Positions 1 through 10,649 of a stretch of DNA of 64,000 nt are shown here, in pieces. The notes beneath the pieces were generated by a model. The model was not told the origin of the DNA. It saw nothing but the letters and a program-made list of their open reading frames with translations, and did not search any database. The first letter of the stretch is position 1. Each line of letters begins with the position of its first letter. Location of the stretch: the NCBI GenBank assembly GCA_030390025.1, contig CM059431.1:69006001-69070000 (forward strand), written 5' to 3'. Origin of the DNA: Squalus acanthias. Taxonomy: Eukaryota. The translations under genes and the position numbers were made by a program.

Positions 1-777
1 TTGCAGAATGTGGGGGCGGCTGGCAAACCCGCCCCCATGCCCTTTTGCCAGGAGGCGGGAAGCCATCCTGCCCCGGGTCCTGTCTCCTCGAGGCGGGAAA
101 GGGATTAAATCCTATTAACTGCCTGTTAACAGGTAGTTAACAGGCAGAAAATAAGATTAGTCCCATTTTACCTTTCCAAGTGCAGGCTTCCCGACCTCGG
201 GGAACCCCGCCGGGGTGTAGGAGGTGAGTAGGAGGTCTGCGGGGGTCGGAGGGGTCTGAAAGTGAGATGTCGAGGTGAGTAATGGGTGCAAGTGTGGAGT
301 GGTAAGTATGTGAGGTGAGTGTAAAGTGTTATAAAATGTTAACTTACCTTTGTTTCTGCCCACAGCCTTCTGCCGCTGTGGATCCGGAGTCCCGACATCT
401 TCACTGTAGATTTCACAGACTGGCTGTTGGATCCTCCGACCCAACAGCCAGGTGATTTTTACAAAGTTGAAAGGTTTGATGAGTCCTGAACACAAGGACT
501 CATCAAACTACACAGAATGTCAGTGTTTGACAGCTTCACAGAGCTGTCAAACACTGACATTTTTTCTTTCAAGAAATCTTGACAGATGGCACGTCAGATG
601 TTGACGTGCACTGTCAATGACTTCCCCCTAATTGGCCTGCTGAGCCCGCTGGGCGGGCTTAACAAGGTCAATCAGGAGAAAATCCCACTGGTTGGCCAGA
701 AGCTGATGGAGGCGGGACTGAGGCCCGACAAGCAGCAGTCCCGCCTCCAAAAGCCTCCCATTGACAAAATCCAGCCC
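1..777. mobile_element. Non-autonomous Harbinger-type MITE, right part (left end lies before the window)
   Basis: Ends in AAAATCCAGCCC (766-777), the same terminus as the MITE at 8539-9206. Subterminal GGAGGCGGG/CCCGCCTCC motifs, several internal hairpins, no coding capacity. Confidence 0.7.
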
Positions 778-899
778 CAGTGCGAAGCTCCATATCGGGA
801 GTACAATTTTGTAAAATGTATCCTATAATGTGAAATTAAATCAAACAGAAGCATCAGTATATGTCCGGTCCATCTTTTTCAGCAAACTGCTTAAAAAAT

Positions 900-1225
900 C
901 CCTGTGCCTTTCTCCCTGGATTATAGTCCTAGTGTCGCTACCTCTCTCCAGCCTGATTCCCCAACCCTGCTCTTCCTCTTTGCTTGGCCATAGCTCTTTC
1001 TCTCCATTGCTTCCCATTTCTCTGGTTCTTCCACTGTCAGTTTCTTTCATGTTTTCCCTCTATCCTTCTGTGATTCAGTGTTATTCCCTCTGCAGCTTTG
1101 TTCTATTTTTCTTTATTTTTTTCTCCCTTTTTGTGTTTCTGTTATTTTCCCCCTTTTTATAACTGTCTCTCTCTGTTACTCTCTCCCTCTGTCTGTTACT
1201 CTTATCACTTCTCTCTGAAACCTCT
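900..1225. repeat. Pyrimidine-rich low-complexity tract
   Basis: CT/T-rich composition; the ORFs here translate to F/L/S-rich low-complexity peptides. Confidence 0.6.
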
Positions 1226-1715
1226 TGCCCTCAGTAACCATGCATCTGCTTCATCCTTAAACTGGGGCATCAGTGTCACACTGGCCCAGTTAAGCACTGA
1301 GAATTGGCAAAGTCATTGGAATATGGCCAAAAATAGGGGACGAGAGCCAGACAATTTTCATTAAGTGCTTCAGCTTAGGAACCGAAATATTATCCTATCC
1401 TACACATGAAATGGATGTGTGTAACTTGTACAAATACAGTTAGTGTTCTGAGTGAAGAGGTTTAAGGTCCAAGTCTGTTCAGTGTGTCACCAAAGTGTTT
1501 TAATGACAATGAAACTGCATAACATAATGATGTAAAATTATTAAGTGTCCATGTCAACTAGAAATAAAAATCATTGCATTCAACAATCTCTATCAATCAC
1601 AACTCATATCTCACATTCATAGCTTCACCTCACCCTCACATACTTACCACTGCTGCAAGCCTCATACCCACATCTCACAACTTGCATACACTGCTAGCTA
1701 TTCAACCACGACAGG

Positions 1716-1944
1716 CACATCACCCAAACACATTGCACCACACTCACTGACACACACATCACCCAAACACATTGCACCACATTCACTGACACACACATCA
1801 CCCAAACACATTGCACCACACTCACTGACACACATCACCCAAACACATTGCACCACACTCACTGACACACACATCACCCAAACACATTGCACCACACTCA
1901 CTGACACACATCACCCAAACACATTGCACCACACTCACTGACAC
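1716..1944. repeat. 39/37-bp minisatellite, left block (unit CATCACCCAAACACATTGCACCACACTCACTGACACACA)
   Basis: About 6 near-identical direct tandem units, no spacers. Confidence 0.95.
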
Positions 1945-2919
1945 TGTAGCAGTCGGCGCAGACTCCATGGATTTTTAGATTATGAACCCTTATTAAAAAC
2001 TGGACAGGCTGCTTGGGGGGTGGGGGGGGGGGGGGGGGGAAGCAGTGAAAAACCACTCAAGCTGGAGATGACTCATTCGTATGGAAACGAACTGTCCTTG
2101 GGAACAATGGCCCGAGAGGCCCACTCCCAAGTCTTGATTAACAAGGCTGACGACTCATTGTTCTGGTCAAGATGAACTCGTTAAGTTAATCGGCAGGGAG
2201 ATCGAAATGAGATCAAAAACCATTCAAACCTGGAAGGAAGTTTGAAGACTATCCCCTGAGGCCATGTGTCCATTAAAACCACAGACAGCGGTCTGTGTAT
2301 TGAAGGGGTATATTAGACAGCAGTTTGGATAGCTCCCTCTCTCCTGCCCTCCACACAACGGAACGTCAAGAGGAGCAGAGCCTTGCTCTTCCAACCGAGA
2401 CGGACTTCGACTAAGGCTGGGACTCGCATGCCGCAAGGCCGGTACGAAAGCAGGTAGCCGAGACGTATGGGAGGAAGCTGCAAGCAAGATCAAAAAGGGC
2501 AATCTAGGTGAGCATTGCCAAGCCTACACACCCACAAGATCACTTAGCTGTGTGAGGGGGTGCCTGTATGTTCCTACCAAACCAGAGGGGGTTTAGCGTT
2601 GGAAGGGTCGGTCCTGTGTTAGTTTAGTTCATGGGAGGGTGTTTTTAGGCCGTGGTAAGTCAGCACGGCAGGGGCTTGTTGGACAAGTCAGGGTTGTACT
2701 GTTTTAAACTGTACTGTTGTGTTGTCAACCTTAATAAACACTGTACGGGTGAGCCCGAAAACGCTGTCCGTGTTCAAATCTGTCCTCAGTAATCCCTATC
2801 GTCCAGAACTTGTAGTAAGGGGGTTTGTGTGCTCGCTACGAAAGGGATGAAACCACTTACAATAATTGCCGATTGCAGCAGGGGCCATAGGAAATTGGCC
2901 ACCGCAAAAACCGATTACA
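1945..2919 (+). mobile_element. Solo LTR (ERV/Gypsy-like) inserted in the minisatellite
   Basis: TGTA...TACA termini; TATA-like GTATATTA at ~2309; AATAAA at ~2733; non-coding; splits the tandem array. The TSD is ambiguous in the (CA)n context. Confidence 0.65.
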
Positions 2920-3197
2920 CACACACACATCACCCAAACACATTGCACCACATTCACTGACACACATCACCCAAACACATTGCACCACACTCACTGACAC
3001 ACACATGACCCAAACACATTGCACCACACTCACTGACACACACATCACCCAAACACATTGCACCACACTCACTGACACACACATCACCCAAACACATTGC
3101 ACCACACTCACTGACACACACATCACCCAAACACATTGCACCACACTCACTGACACACACATCACCCAAACACATTGCACCACACTCACTGACACAC
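2920..3197. repeat. 39/37-bp minisatellite, right block
   Basis: About 7 tandem units identical to those at 1716-1944, ending just before a polypyrimidine tract and AG acceptor at 3213-3214. Confidence 0.95.
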
Positions 3198-3214
3198 TTC
3201 CCTTTCTCTTACAG

Positions 3215-4052
3215 GGCAAGGTGGCTCATAATCGCAGGCAGAAGCAAGCCTGCAAGCTCTTACCCAGGTGGAGGAGATGGTGCTCGACATTATTGGAGGG
3301 GTCTTCACTGAGGCCGTAACCATTCAAGATGACGGTATGCTCATACGTTATCCCCCTTCTCACATCCCACTTCCCCCTCATCCCACAATCTCTTCTCACT
3401 TGCAAACTTCTGATGGTGTAAGCATGCACATCTTGCTTCCCCGCCCCACCTCACCTCACCACAACCCTACCCTTGTGGCTTTCTCTTTTCAGATACCCAA
3501 GAACTCCAACCTGGCGAGCCAGTGCAGGAAGAGGAGTGTGATGCATAAGAATCGAAACCATCACTTGATCTGCCACTCGCAGGCACCAGCTCAGATACTG
3601 GCACTGCGCGGACTTTAGAGGGTAGTATAGAGGCGGGATCTGCATGTGGTGAGTCACCGGGCACGAGTGGGCTGCAGCCAGGGCAGGGGGAAAAGGTAGT
3701 GCAGGTGGCAGCTTCCCAGAGGGTGAGGTCACACACGAGTTCTACTGCAGAGGACTCAGTTGAGGACAAGATGAGGTGGCCTACAGAAGAAGGGTGATGG
3801 GCATGCGCACAGAAATGCTTGGTGCAATGGCAGGCCTGTCAGAGAGCCTGTTGTCACTGTCAAGGAGCATGGAGGAGTCCAGCAACAACTTTGCAGAGCT
3901 TGGAGCCCATGATTTCCAGAATGGAAGTAATGGGCAACTCCATTAGCACACATGTGGATCCAACCATGATGCAGGGTCTGATGGCCAATGTCTCAGCTTC
4001 CATTGCGACCCAACGTCTGAGTTCTGCACTGGAAGCCAAGAGGATGCTGTGA
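3215..4052 (+). pseudogene. Harbinger Myb/SANT-like gene, downstream exons (decayed)
   Basis: Acceptor CTCTTACAG|GGCAAG, donor GACG|GTATGC (3335) and acceptor TTTTCAG|ATACC (3493). The peptide GKVAHNRRQK parallels EKRAHNKRER in exon 2 of the 55-59 kb copy. Confidence 0.6.
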
Positions 4053-4662
4053 TATTCTGTGACAGAGAGATGGTAAGGTGGGGAAGTGTTGAGCAAGGGG
4101 GATCTGGGGTTTCATTCATGGGAACCGGAGTCTTCGGGGGCGATTGTCCCAGTCCCGAGGAGGCGGGTTTGGAGGCGGGACAGTTGGGAAAATCGCAAAA
4201 ATTGAGGACGGGTTCGGAACCTGCCTCCATCCCGCCTCCGCACTATTTTGCCGGAGGCGGGTTTCATGGGTGTGATTTGGTCCCGCCTCCATCAGTCGGG
4301 AGAGGTAGTTAAGACGCTTAACAAGTGGTTAAGGGCCTCTATAATCCTATTTTGCCAGGTTTGTGTTATTTTGCCACATTTTCAGCGTGTTGCACGGCCC
4401 TCCTAAACCACGCCAGCTAATCCTGGCGGGTTGACAAGTGGGTGATCTCCTTACAACTGCAGCTCCACCATTAAAACGGAGCTTTCAACAGGGATCAGTT
4501 GCAGGTGGCAGAACCTTTGTTCCACAGGTCTTTCAGCACTTTTAGCAGGCCTACCGAAGTCGGAGGTGCTGCAGCTTCTATCTCTCAACTGTGCGACCTC
4601 CTTGGAAAACCCTCTCCCCGCTTGGACTGAGCACTTCCCCAACGGAGGTATCTGCCAGCAGC

Positions 4663-5130
4663 ATGGGAACCATTTATTTCCTTTCATCATGGACCTCAGA
4701 TTCAGATGAGGAGCAGCCACAGCAGCAGCAGAACCAGGCAGCTCAGCAGCAACAGCAGCAGGAGCGCCAACCTCCTGCTCACCCACCTGATGCTGCACAG
4801 GGCAGAAGGCACCAGCACATGGAAGCACATCGCCGCAGGAGATACCCCTCTCTCAGGGTATACAGACAGAGGATGCGCTACCTCAACATGAGTGAGCAGC
4901 AGTGCCAACGGAGGCTGAGAGTTTCGCGAGAGGTTGTCGGAGACATCTGCGCACTGCTGCACCCAAACCTGGTGCCCAGAGGAGCGGGTGGACACCCCTT
5001 ACCAGTGGCTGTCAAAGTCACCACCGCACTCACTTTTTTGCCTAAGGCTCCTTCCAAGGATCATCAGCAGACATCAGTGGCATCTCCCAGTCGGCCGCCC
5101 ACAGTTGCATCACGCAGATTACTGATGCCC
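4663..5130 (+). pseudogene. Harbinger transposase, N-terminal part (polyQ leader, HTH region), truncated by deletion
   Basis: MGTIYFLSSW...QQQQ...[23 protein letters not shown]...[11 protein letters not shown]; homologous to 55684-56150. Confidence 0.85.
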
Positions 5131-6080
5131 TTCCGGCTCAGCCTCTTCCTTGCCGACAGTGGGGGGGCGGGGGGTGGGGGGAGGCTCTGTGGATGGTCCT
5201 GTGGGGGAGTGAAGGCATGGGTTAGACATGTGGCATGCACATGAAATAGTGCAGATGATCAAGTGGCATTCTATTAATGTACACCAGCAGCCATTTCAGT
5301 CACTCAAGCAGTGTAAATGAGAGAGATGCAAAACTATTCTGTCACCAGCTTGGTCTGCATCGCCCGTCTGTCCGTCCCCCACTTCCACCTCCACCTCTGC
5401 GCGGGCGATGTCCAGGGCTGCCTCTTCAGCCTGGGTGAGATGGGCTACGGAAGGTGGCCCTCCTCCTGTCTTCGCCCTTTCCCTTCTATTGCGGGCTCTC
5501 TTTTCCTGCACTGAGGGAGACAAGTGGAGTTGGAGTGAGAATGATGGAGTGAGTGTAGAGCGTCCAGAGCATAGATGCTTAGAAGGAGGCAAAGATGGAG
5601 TGAGGTTCCATGTCCAAGGGCCCTCCCTGTGCGTTGTTTTAATCGTTGTCATTGCATAACATTGAAAGGGAGTGTGAGGGCAGCATAGTCGAATAGTGAA
5701 GTGATTGGGTTCATAGAGTGAGAGGGATGGTGAAGGGTGCAAGGGCTGTAAGGGTAAAGTGGGATGTGTAGGAGGAGGTTGACAATGGTGATGAGAGGAG
5801 AAGGGGAGCAGAAGGAGGGTCAAGCTGAAGGTATACTCACTTTGCCTGATCTTACAAGGTCATTGAACCTTTTACGGCACTGCAGCCATGTTCTGCTGCA
5901 CACAGATCTGGAGGTTATATCCCTTGCCAGCTGGACCCACACAGCCTTGGTTTCTTTGTGAGGCCTCTTCCACCCAGATGAGGGGAAGAGTACCTCCCTG
6001 CTAGCTCTCGTCCCCTCAACCAGGATACCCAGCGCTTCATCCGAGAACCTCGGGGAGGTCCTTGCCTTGGAGCTGGCCAT
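5131..6080 (-). pseudogene. Harbinger Myb/SANT-like gene: exon 1 6080-5841, exon 2 5505-5346, exon 3 stub
   Basis: MASSKARTSPRFSDEALGILVEG...W..LA..ITSRSVCSRTWLQCRKRFNDL is a Myb/SANT trihelix motif (NAIF1/MSANTD-like). Donor GTGAGT, acceptor GTGCAG. Confidence 0.85.
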
Positions 6081-6353
6081 TCTTCTCTGTGATGAAAGTT
6101 TGGAGGTGGTGCAGCATCGACCAAAAACCAGTGGAATGAGCCAAGGCAGCAAGCAGCCCTTAAATGAAGCTGGATAAGTGACGTCAGCAGAGGCGAGTTT
6201 CAGTCCCAAAAGACTAATTGGCCCAGGGGAACCCACACGTCTGAAATTAACTGGCCAATTAGGGGAAAATCCAAACTTTTTCCCACCTGACAGTGGAGGC
6301 AGGTTCGGAACCCGCCCAAACTGAAACCCGCCTCCAATGGGAAAATCGCCTCC

Positions 6354-7391
6354 TTCATCTTCATCCTTTTCCTCTTCGTCCTCCCCCACGCCCTGCTCTA
6401 GAGATGGTTGTGGAACCCATGGTGGCAAAGGCTGCGCCCTCATGATGGCCAAGTTGTGGAGGATGCAGCAGACCACCACGAATTGGGACACATGCTCTGG
6501 CGAGTACTGGATGGCTCCTCCCGAGTAGTCAAGGCAGTTACTTCAGCGCCTGGATGGTTTGCTCGAAGACGTTCCTCATGACAGCATGGCTTTCATTGTA
6601 TGAGTGCTGACCATGAGTTGTGTAGTTGCAGAGGGGAGTCATCAGCCAGGTGTAGAGCAGATAGCCCATGTCGCTGAGCAGCCACCCTCGGGTTCGATGT
6701 GGTGGCTGGAAGATTGCTGGCACAGTGGACTGGCGCAGGATGAATGCATCATGACTGCTGCCAGGATAGCGGGCATTCACCAGCATAATGCTCATTAAAT
6801 AAGTAGCACCCTTTGCAGTTACAGTACATCTCACCATTGAGTTGTGGTGCTCACAAAGCCATGTGCAGTCGATGGCACCCTGCACCATGGGGAAGCCCGA
6901 TATCCTGGCAAAGCCGTATGCGTGTTCCTCCTGCTTCTCTCTGTTTACAGAGAAGACAATGAAGTCCCCCCTCCTGGCGTACAGCGCCTCTCTGAACTCC
7001 AGAATGCAGCGATGTACGGCGAACTGCAAGATACTTGCTATGTCGTCTGTTCCAGCCTGGAAGGATCCGCTGGCAAAAATATTCAGGGCCACGTCACATT
7101 GAGGGCCACTGGCAGAGCCATCATCGCCCTGCTCTGAGGCTGCAGGTCTGGTTCCAAGAGATGGCAGAGTTCTGTGACCACCTCCTTGGTGAAGCAGAGC
7201 CGTCGAACACATTGCTCCTGGCTTAGGTGCAGGTAGGAGAAGTGCTCTCTGAAGACCCTAGACGGGTAAGACCTCTTGCTGAGAGCCCTCTGCCTCATCC
7301 TCCCTCTACGAGCAGCTTGTCTTCTTTGCTGCCTCTGCTCCATCTCCCTGTCATGCTGCTTTGCAAGGGGGACTGCAACTAGAGCCCCCAT
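6354..7391 (-). pseudogene. Harbinger DDE transposase (frameshifted)
   Basis: FASGSFQ, VQGAIDCT, YPGSSHDAFILRQS, WLLSDMGY, FEQTI and VVVCCILHNL motifs spread over several frames. Confidence 0.88.
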
Positions 7392-7602
7392 GACTGGGAG
7401 CCAGTGGTGTAGTCAGAGCCCTTCCAGTAGCAGCCAACGCCTTCCCAATGTCCAGCAGCACTCCTTGCACATTTGAACAACTTTTGGAATCTCTTACAGC
7501 AACCCAGTACTCCTACAAACTCTGCAAGAGCCAATACAAAAGCAATAAGCAACTTACCTGCAAGTTGGATGTATCCCTTTAAATGAAAAGAAAGACTTCC
7601 AT

Positions 7603-8538
7603 TTATATATTGGAATACAGAGTAGAATTTCTAAATTTGCCGATGACACCAAACTTGGGGGTGTGGCAAACAGTGATGATGATATCAATCGACTACAACA
7701 GGACATAGAAAGGCTAGCAGAATGGGCAGACAAGTGGCAGATGGAATTTAATACAGAGAATTGTGAGGTGATGCATTTTGGCAGAAGGAACAGGGAGAGG
7801 CAATATACACTTAATGGCACAGTTTAGGGACAGAGGGACCTGGGAGTTAATGTACATAGGTCCCTGAAGGTGACAGGACATATTGAGAGAGTGGTTAACA
7901 AAGCATATGGGATCTTGGGCTTCATAAATAGATGTATTGAGTACAAAAGTAGAGAAGTTATGCTGAACCTTTATAAAGCGCTGGTTAGACCACAACTGGA
8001 GTATTGCGTCCAGTTCTGGTCACCACACTGTAGGAAGAATGTGAAAGCCCTTGAGAGGGTGCAGAGGAGATTTACCAGAATGGTTCCGGGGATGGGGATC
8101 TTAGCTACAAGGACAGGTTGGAGAAGCTGGATTTGTTTTCATTAGAGCAAAGGAGGTTGAGGGGTGATTTGAAAGAGGTGTACAAGATTATGACGGGTTT
8201 GGATAGGCTAGACGGGGAACGGCTGTTCCCACTAGTTGATGGTACAAGGACTAGGGGACACAGATTTAAGGTTTTGGGCAAGAGATACAGGGGGGATGTG
8301 AGGAAAACTTTTTTTTAACATAGTGAGCGGTGATGATCAGGAATTCGCTGCTGACAGAAGTGGTGGAAGCGGAGACACTCAATGTTTTCAAGGGGAGACT
8401 GGATAGGCACTTGAGGGAAATAAACTTGCAGGGCTACGGGGATAGAGCAGGGAAATGGGACTGACTGGATTGTTCTACAGAGAGCCGGCACGGCCTCAAT
8501 GGGCTGAATGGCCTCCTTCTGTGTCGTTATGACTCTAT
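7603..8538 (+). mobile_element. CR1-clade LINE, 5'-truncated (RT C-terminus and 3' UTR)
   Basis: [26 protein letters not shown] and LEQRRLRGDL motifs; tail repeat (TATGACTC)n interrupted by a MITE. Confidence 0.92.
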
Positions 8539-9206
8539 GGGCTGGATTTTCATTGACCCGTGGAGGCGGGTTTGGAGGCGTGTGGGGGGTTAAAATTGCA
8601 AAAAGTGGCGGGCAGGCAAAAGTCCGCCTCCATCCCACCTCCACGCAATTTTCATTAAATCGTGTCTGCTGGTCCCGACTCCGTCCCGCCTCTAAGAGAT
8701 GGGATAGGCTGTTAAGGCTCTTAACAAGCACTAAATTGGCTCTATAATGCCATTTTGAAAGGCCTTTGTGATTTTAACCCTTGTTCTCCATGGAGCACGC
8801 CTGTTCTGAAACACGATTGTGAAACCTGGCGGGAGCACATTTGGATAGCTGACTATCAGTGGCTGGGCTGACTATCTGGGGCTGGCAGGCATCTGGGATG
8901 AGTGGTGGTGAAAAAAAAATTCTCTCTCTCTCTCTCTCCTTAGAGCTGCTGCTCATTTTGCATCCAGGTCCTCTCACAGCAAAGGCCAGACAGTCTCTGA
9001 CCTTCAATGCAGCAGCAATGATGACATCTTCAGAGGCGACTTTCAGACTGAAAACACTAATTGGTTCATGGGTTCCCACATGCTGGAACTCAATTGCCCA
9101 ATTAGGTGAAAATTGCATCAATCTCCCACATCCAATTGCAGTCGGGTGGATAACACGAAAAGCGGATGACACGACCCCAACCCGCCCCAGTATCAAAATC
9201 CAGCCC
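8539..9206. mobile_element. Harbinger MITE (668 bp) inserted in the CR1 3' tail
   Basis: TIRs GGGCTGGATTTT / AAAATCCAGCCC; TSD TAT on both sides; subterminal regions homologous to the two-gene Harbinger copies. Confidence 0.9.
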
Positions 9207-9214
9207 TATGACTC

Positions 9215-9669
9215 TATATAGCGCCTTTCACAACCTCAGGATGTCCCAAATCGCTTTACAGCCAATAAAGTACTTTTGTAGTGTAGTCACTGTTGTATGG
9301 CAGGAAATGCAGCAGCCAATTTGCACACAGCAAACTTCCACAAACAGCAATGTGATAATGAGCAGGTAATCTGTTTTTTTTTAGTGATGTTGATTGAGGG
9401 GTAAATATTGGCCAGGACACCAGGGATAACTCCCCTGCTCTTCTTCAATATAGTGCCATGGGATCTTTTGTGTCCACCTGAGAGAGCAGACGGGGCCTCG
9501 GTTTAACCTCTCATCTGAAATACAGCACCTCTGACAGTGCAGCACGCCTTCAGTACTGCACTGGAATGTCAGCCTAGATTTTTGTGCTCAAGTCTCTGGA
9601 GTGGGACTTGAACCCATGGCCTTCTGACTCAGAGGCGAGAGTGCTACCAACTGAGCCACGGCTGACACC
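9215..9669 (-). mobile_element. tRNA-derived SINE, DeuSINE/SacSINE1-like, near full length
   Basis: The - strand head GGTGTCAGCCGTGGCTCAGTTGGTAGC...GGTTCAAGTCCC carries Pol III A and B boxes. Central region resembles the Deu domain (from memory). The 3' tail is similar to the L2 tail at 21885-21930. Confidence 0.8.
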
Positions 9670-10649
9670 ACTGGTGGGGCATCCCTCGTGCAACAGAACG
9701 CACATTCAGCTGTGCATGTTTAGGAGAGGGCATTGAATGGAGCGGCAATGTCAAAAATGGTAGGTCGTGTGTCAAATCAGCATTATACGCTAACTGACGT
9801 CACGATCTGCCTACTCTGCATACTGCTGGTGCACGCACGTACCGCCCACACTATCGTCCTCACCAAGATGGCGAACAGTGCGGGCCACGGCGGAAGTGTG
9901 GCGGAAGCCTTTTTTTTATAAAAAGGGCCAAAAGTACTGGCACTACGGAGGTGAATTTCGTTGCCAGTAGAGGAAAGAGGAAAGCTTAGGGTCATTTAAG
10001 TCTTGAAATGCCTAATCCCTCAAAATACCCTCATAAGTCCATATTCGTACAACTGTAAATAAGAATCAATGCAATTATGGCTATAATGAGCTTCTAGCAA
10101 CAATTGGAAGAACAAGCATAATCATTTGATCTATTGTTTAAAAGCAGCTGTTTAAGGGTAGCAGTAACATTCATGCATATGCTATTGGAGTTTTCAGCTT
10201 TACTGCCAATGGAAAATAAAGAGTTATGCAACTAACAGTTTGAAAGGAATGACTCAAATAACCTAATTAATGTGGCACATGTGAATTATACGCAATGCTA
10301 TTTAACACAAAGTATGTCATCAATAGTTTTTTATTCAAAACTGGACAATAGATAGGGTAAAAACTCACTTTAGAATGAAGCAAAAGATTTTTTTAATGAT
10401 GAATTCAGACTTATTTTTTAAACCTATTATATGCTTTGAAATAATTATAATTTTGGATGCCAAGTTGTATAATTAACCCATGACAAAAGGTAGAGAAAAT
10501 TCGTCAGCAGAAAAAAGCAGCACATAAGATTAATGCGCCTTATGAATATGGGTTGCGTTTATTGCGGGGGAATCTAGTTGGCATTAAAGGGAAAAGGATC
10601 TTTGTTTTAATAGATATTTTAAAAATTAAATAAGGAAAATAAATATCAA

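Larger units (their letters stand above)
4136..6353 (+). mobile_element. Harbinger transposon, internally deleted (~2.2 kb), nested in an older Harbinger
   Basis: TIRs GGGGGCGATTGTCCC / GGGAAAATCGCCTCC; 3-bp TSD TTC (4133-4135, 6354-6356). Colinear with the 55171-59390 copy except for a ~2-kb deletion at ~5130. Confidence 0.92.
1590..7600. mobile_element. Decayed two-gene Harbinger transposon (Myb-like gene +, transposase -) with nested LTR, minisatellite and a second Harbinger; boundaries approximate
   Basis: Myb-gene-type exons at 3215-3334 and 3493-~4050. HARBI1-like transposase remnants on the - strand at 6354-7391. Cut on the right by a CR1 at ~7603; TIRs not recognisable. Confidence 0.7.

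Noticed and set aside
1716-3197. Regular 39-bp repeats as a CRISPR array, or the 13-aa repeat ORFs (SVSVVQCVWVMCV) as proteins
   Set aside because: Units are contiguous with no unique spacers, there are no cas genes, the DNA is eukaryotic, and the ORFs are a by-product of the 39-bp period.
4591-5244. PolyQ host transcription factor
   Set aside because: The Q tract is the transposase leader, and the ORF's C-terminal part is a frameshift/deletion chimera.
9590-9669. tRNA gene on the - strand
   Set aside because: A and B boxes are present, but the sequence runs directly into a SINE body and LINE-like tail; it is a SINE head.
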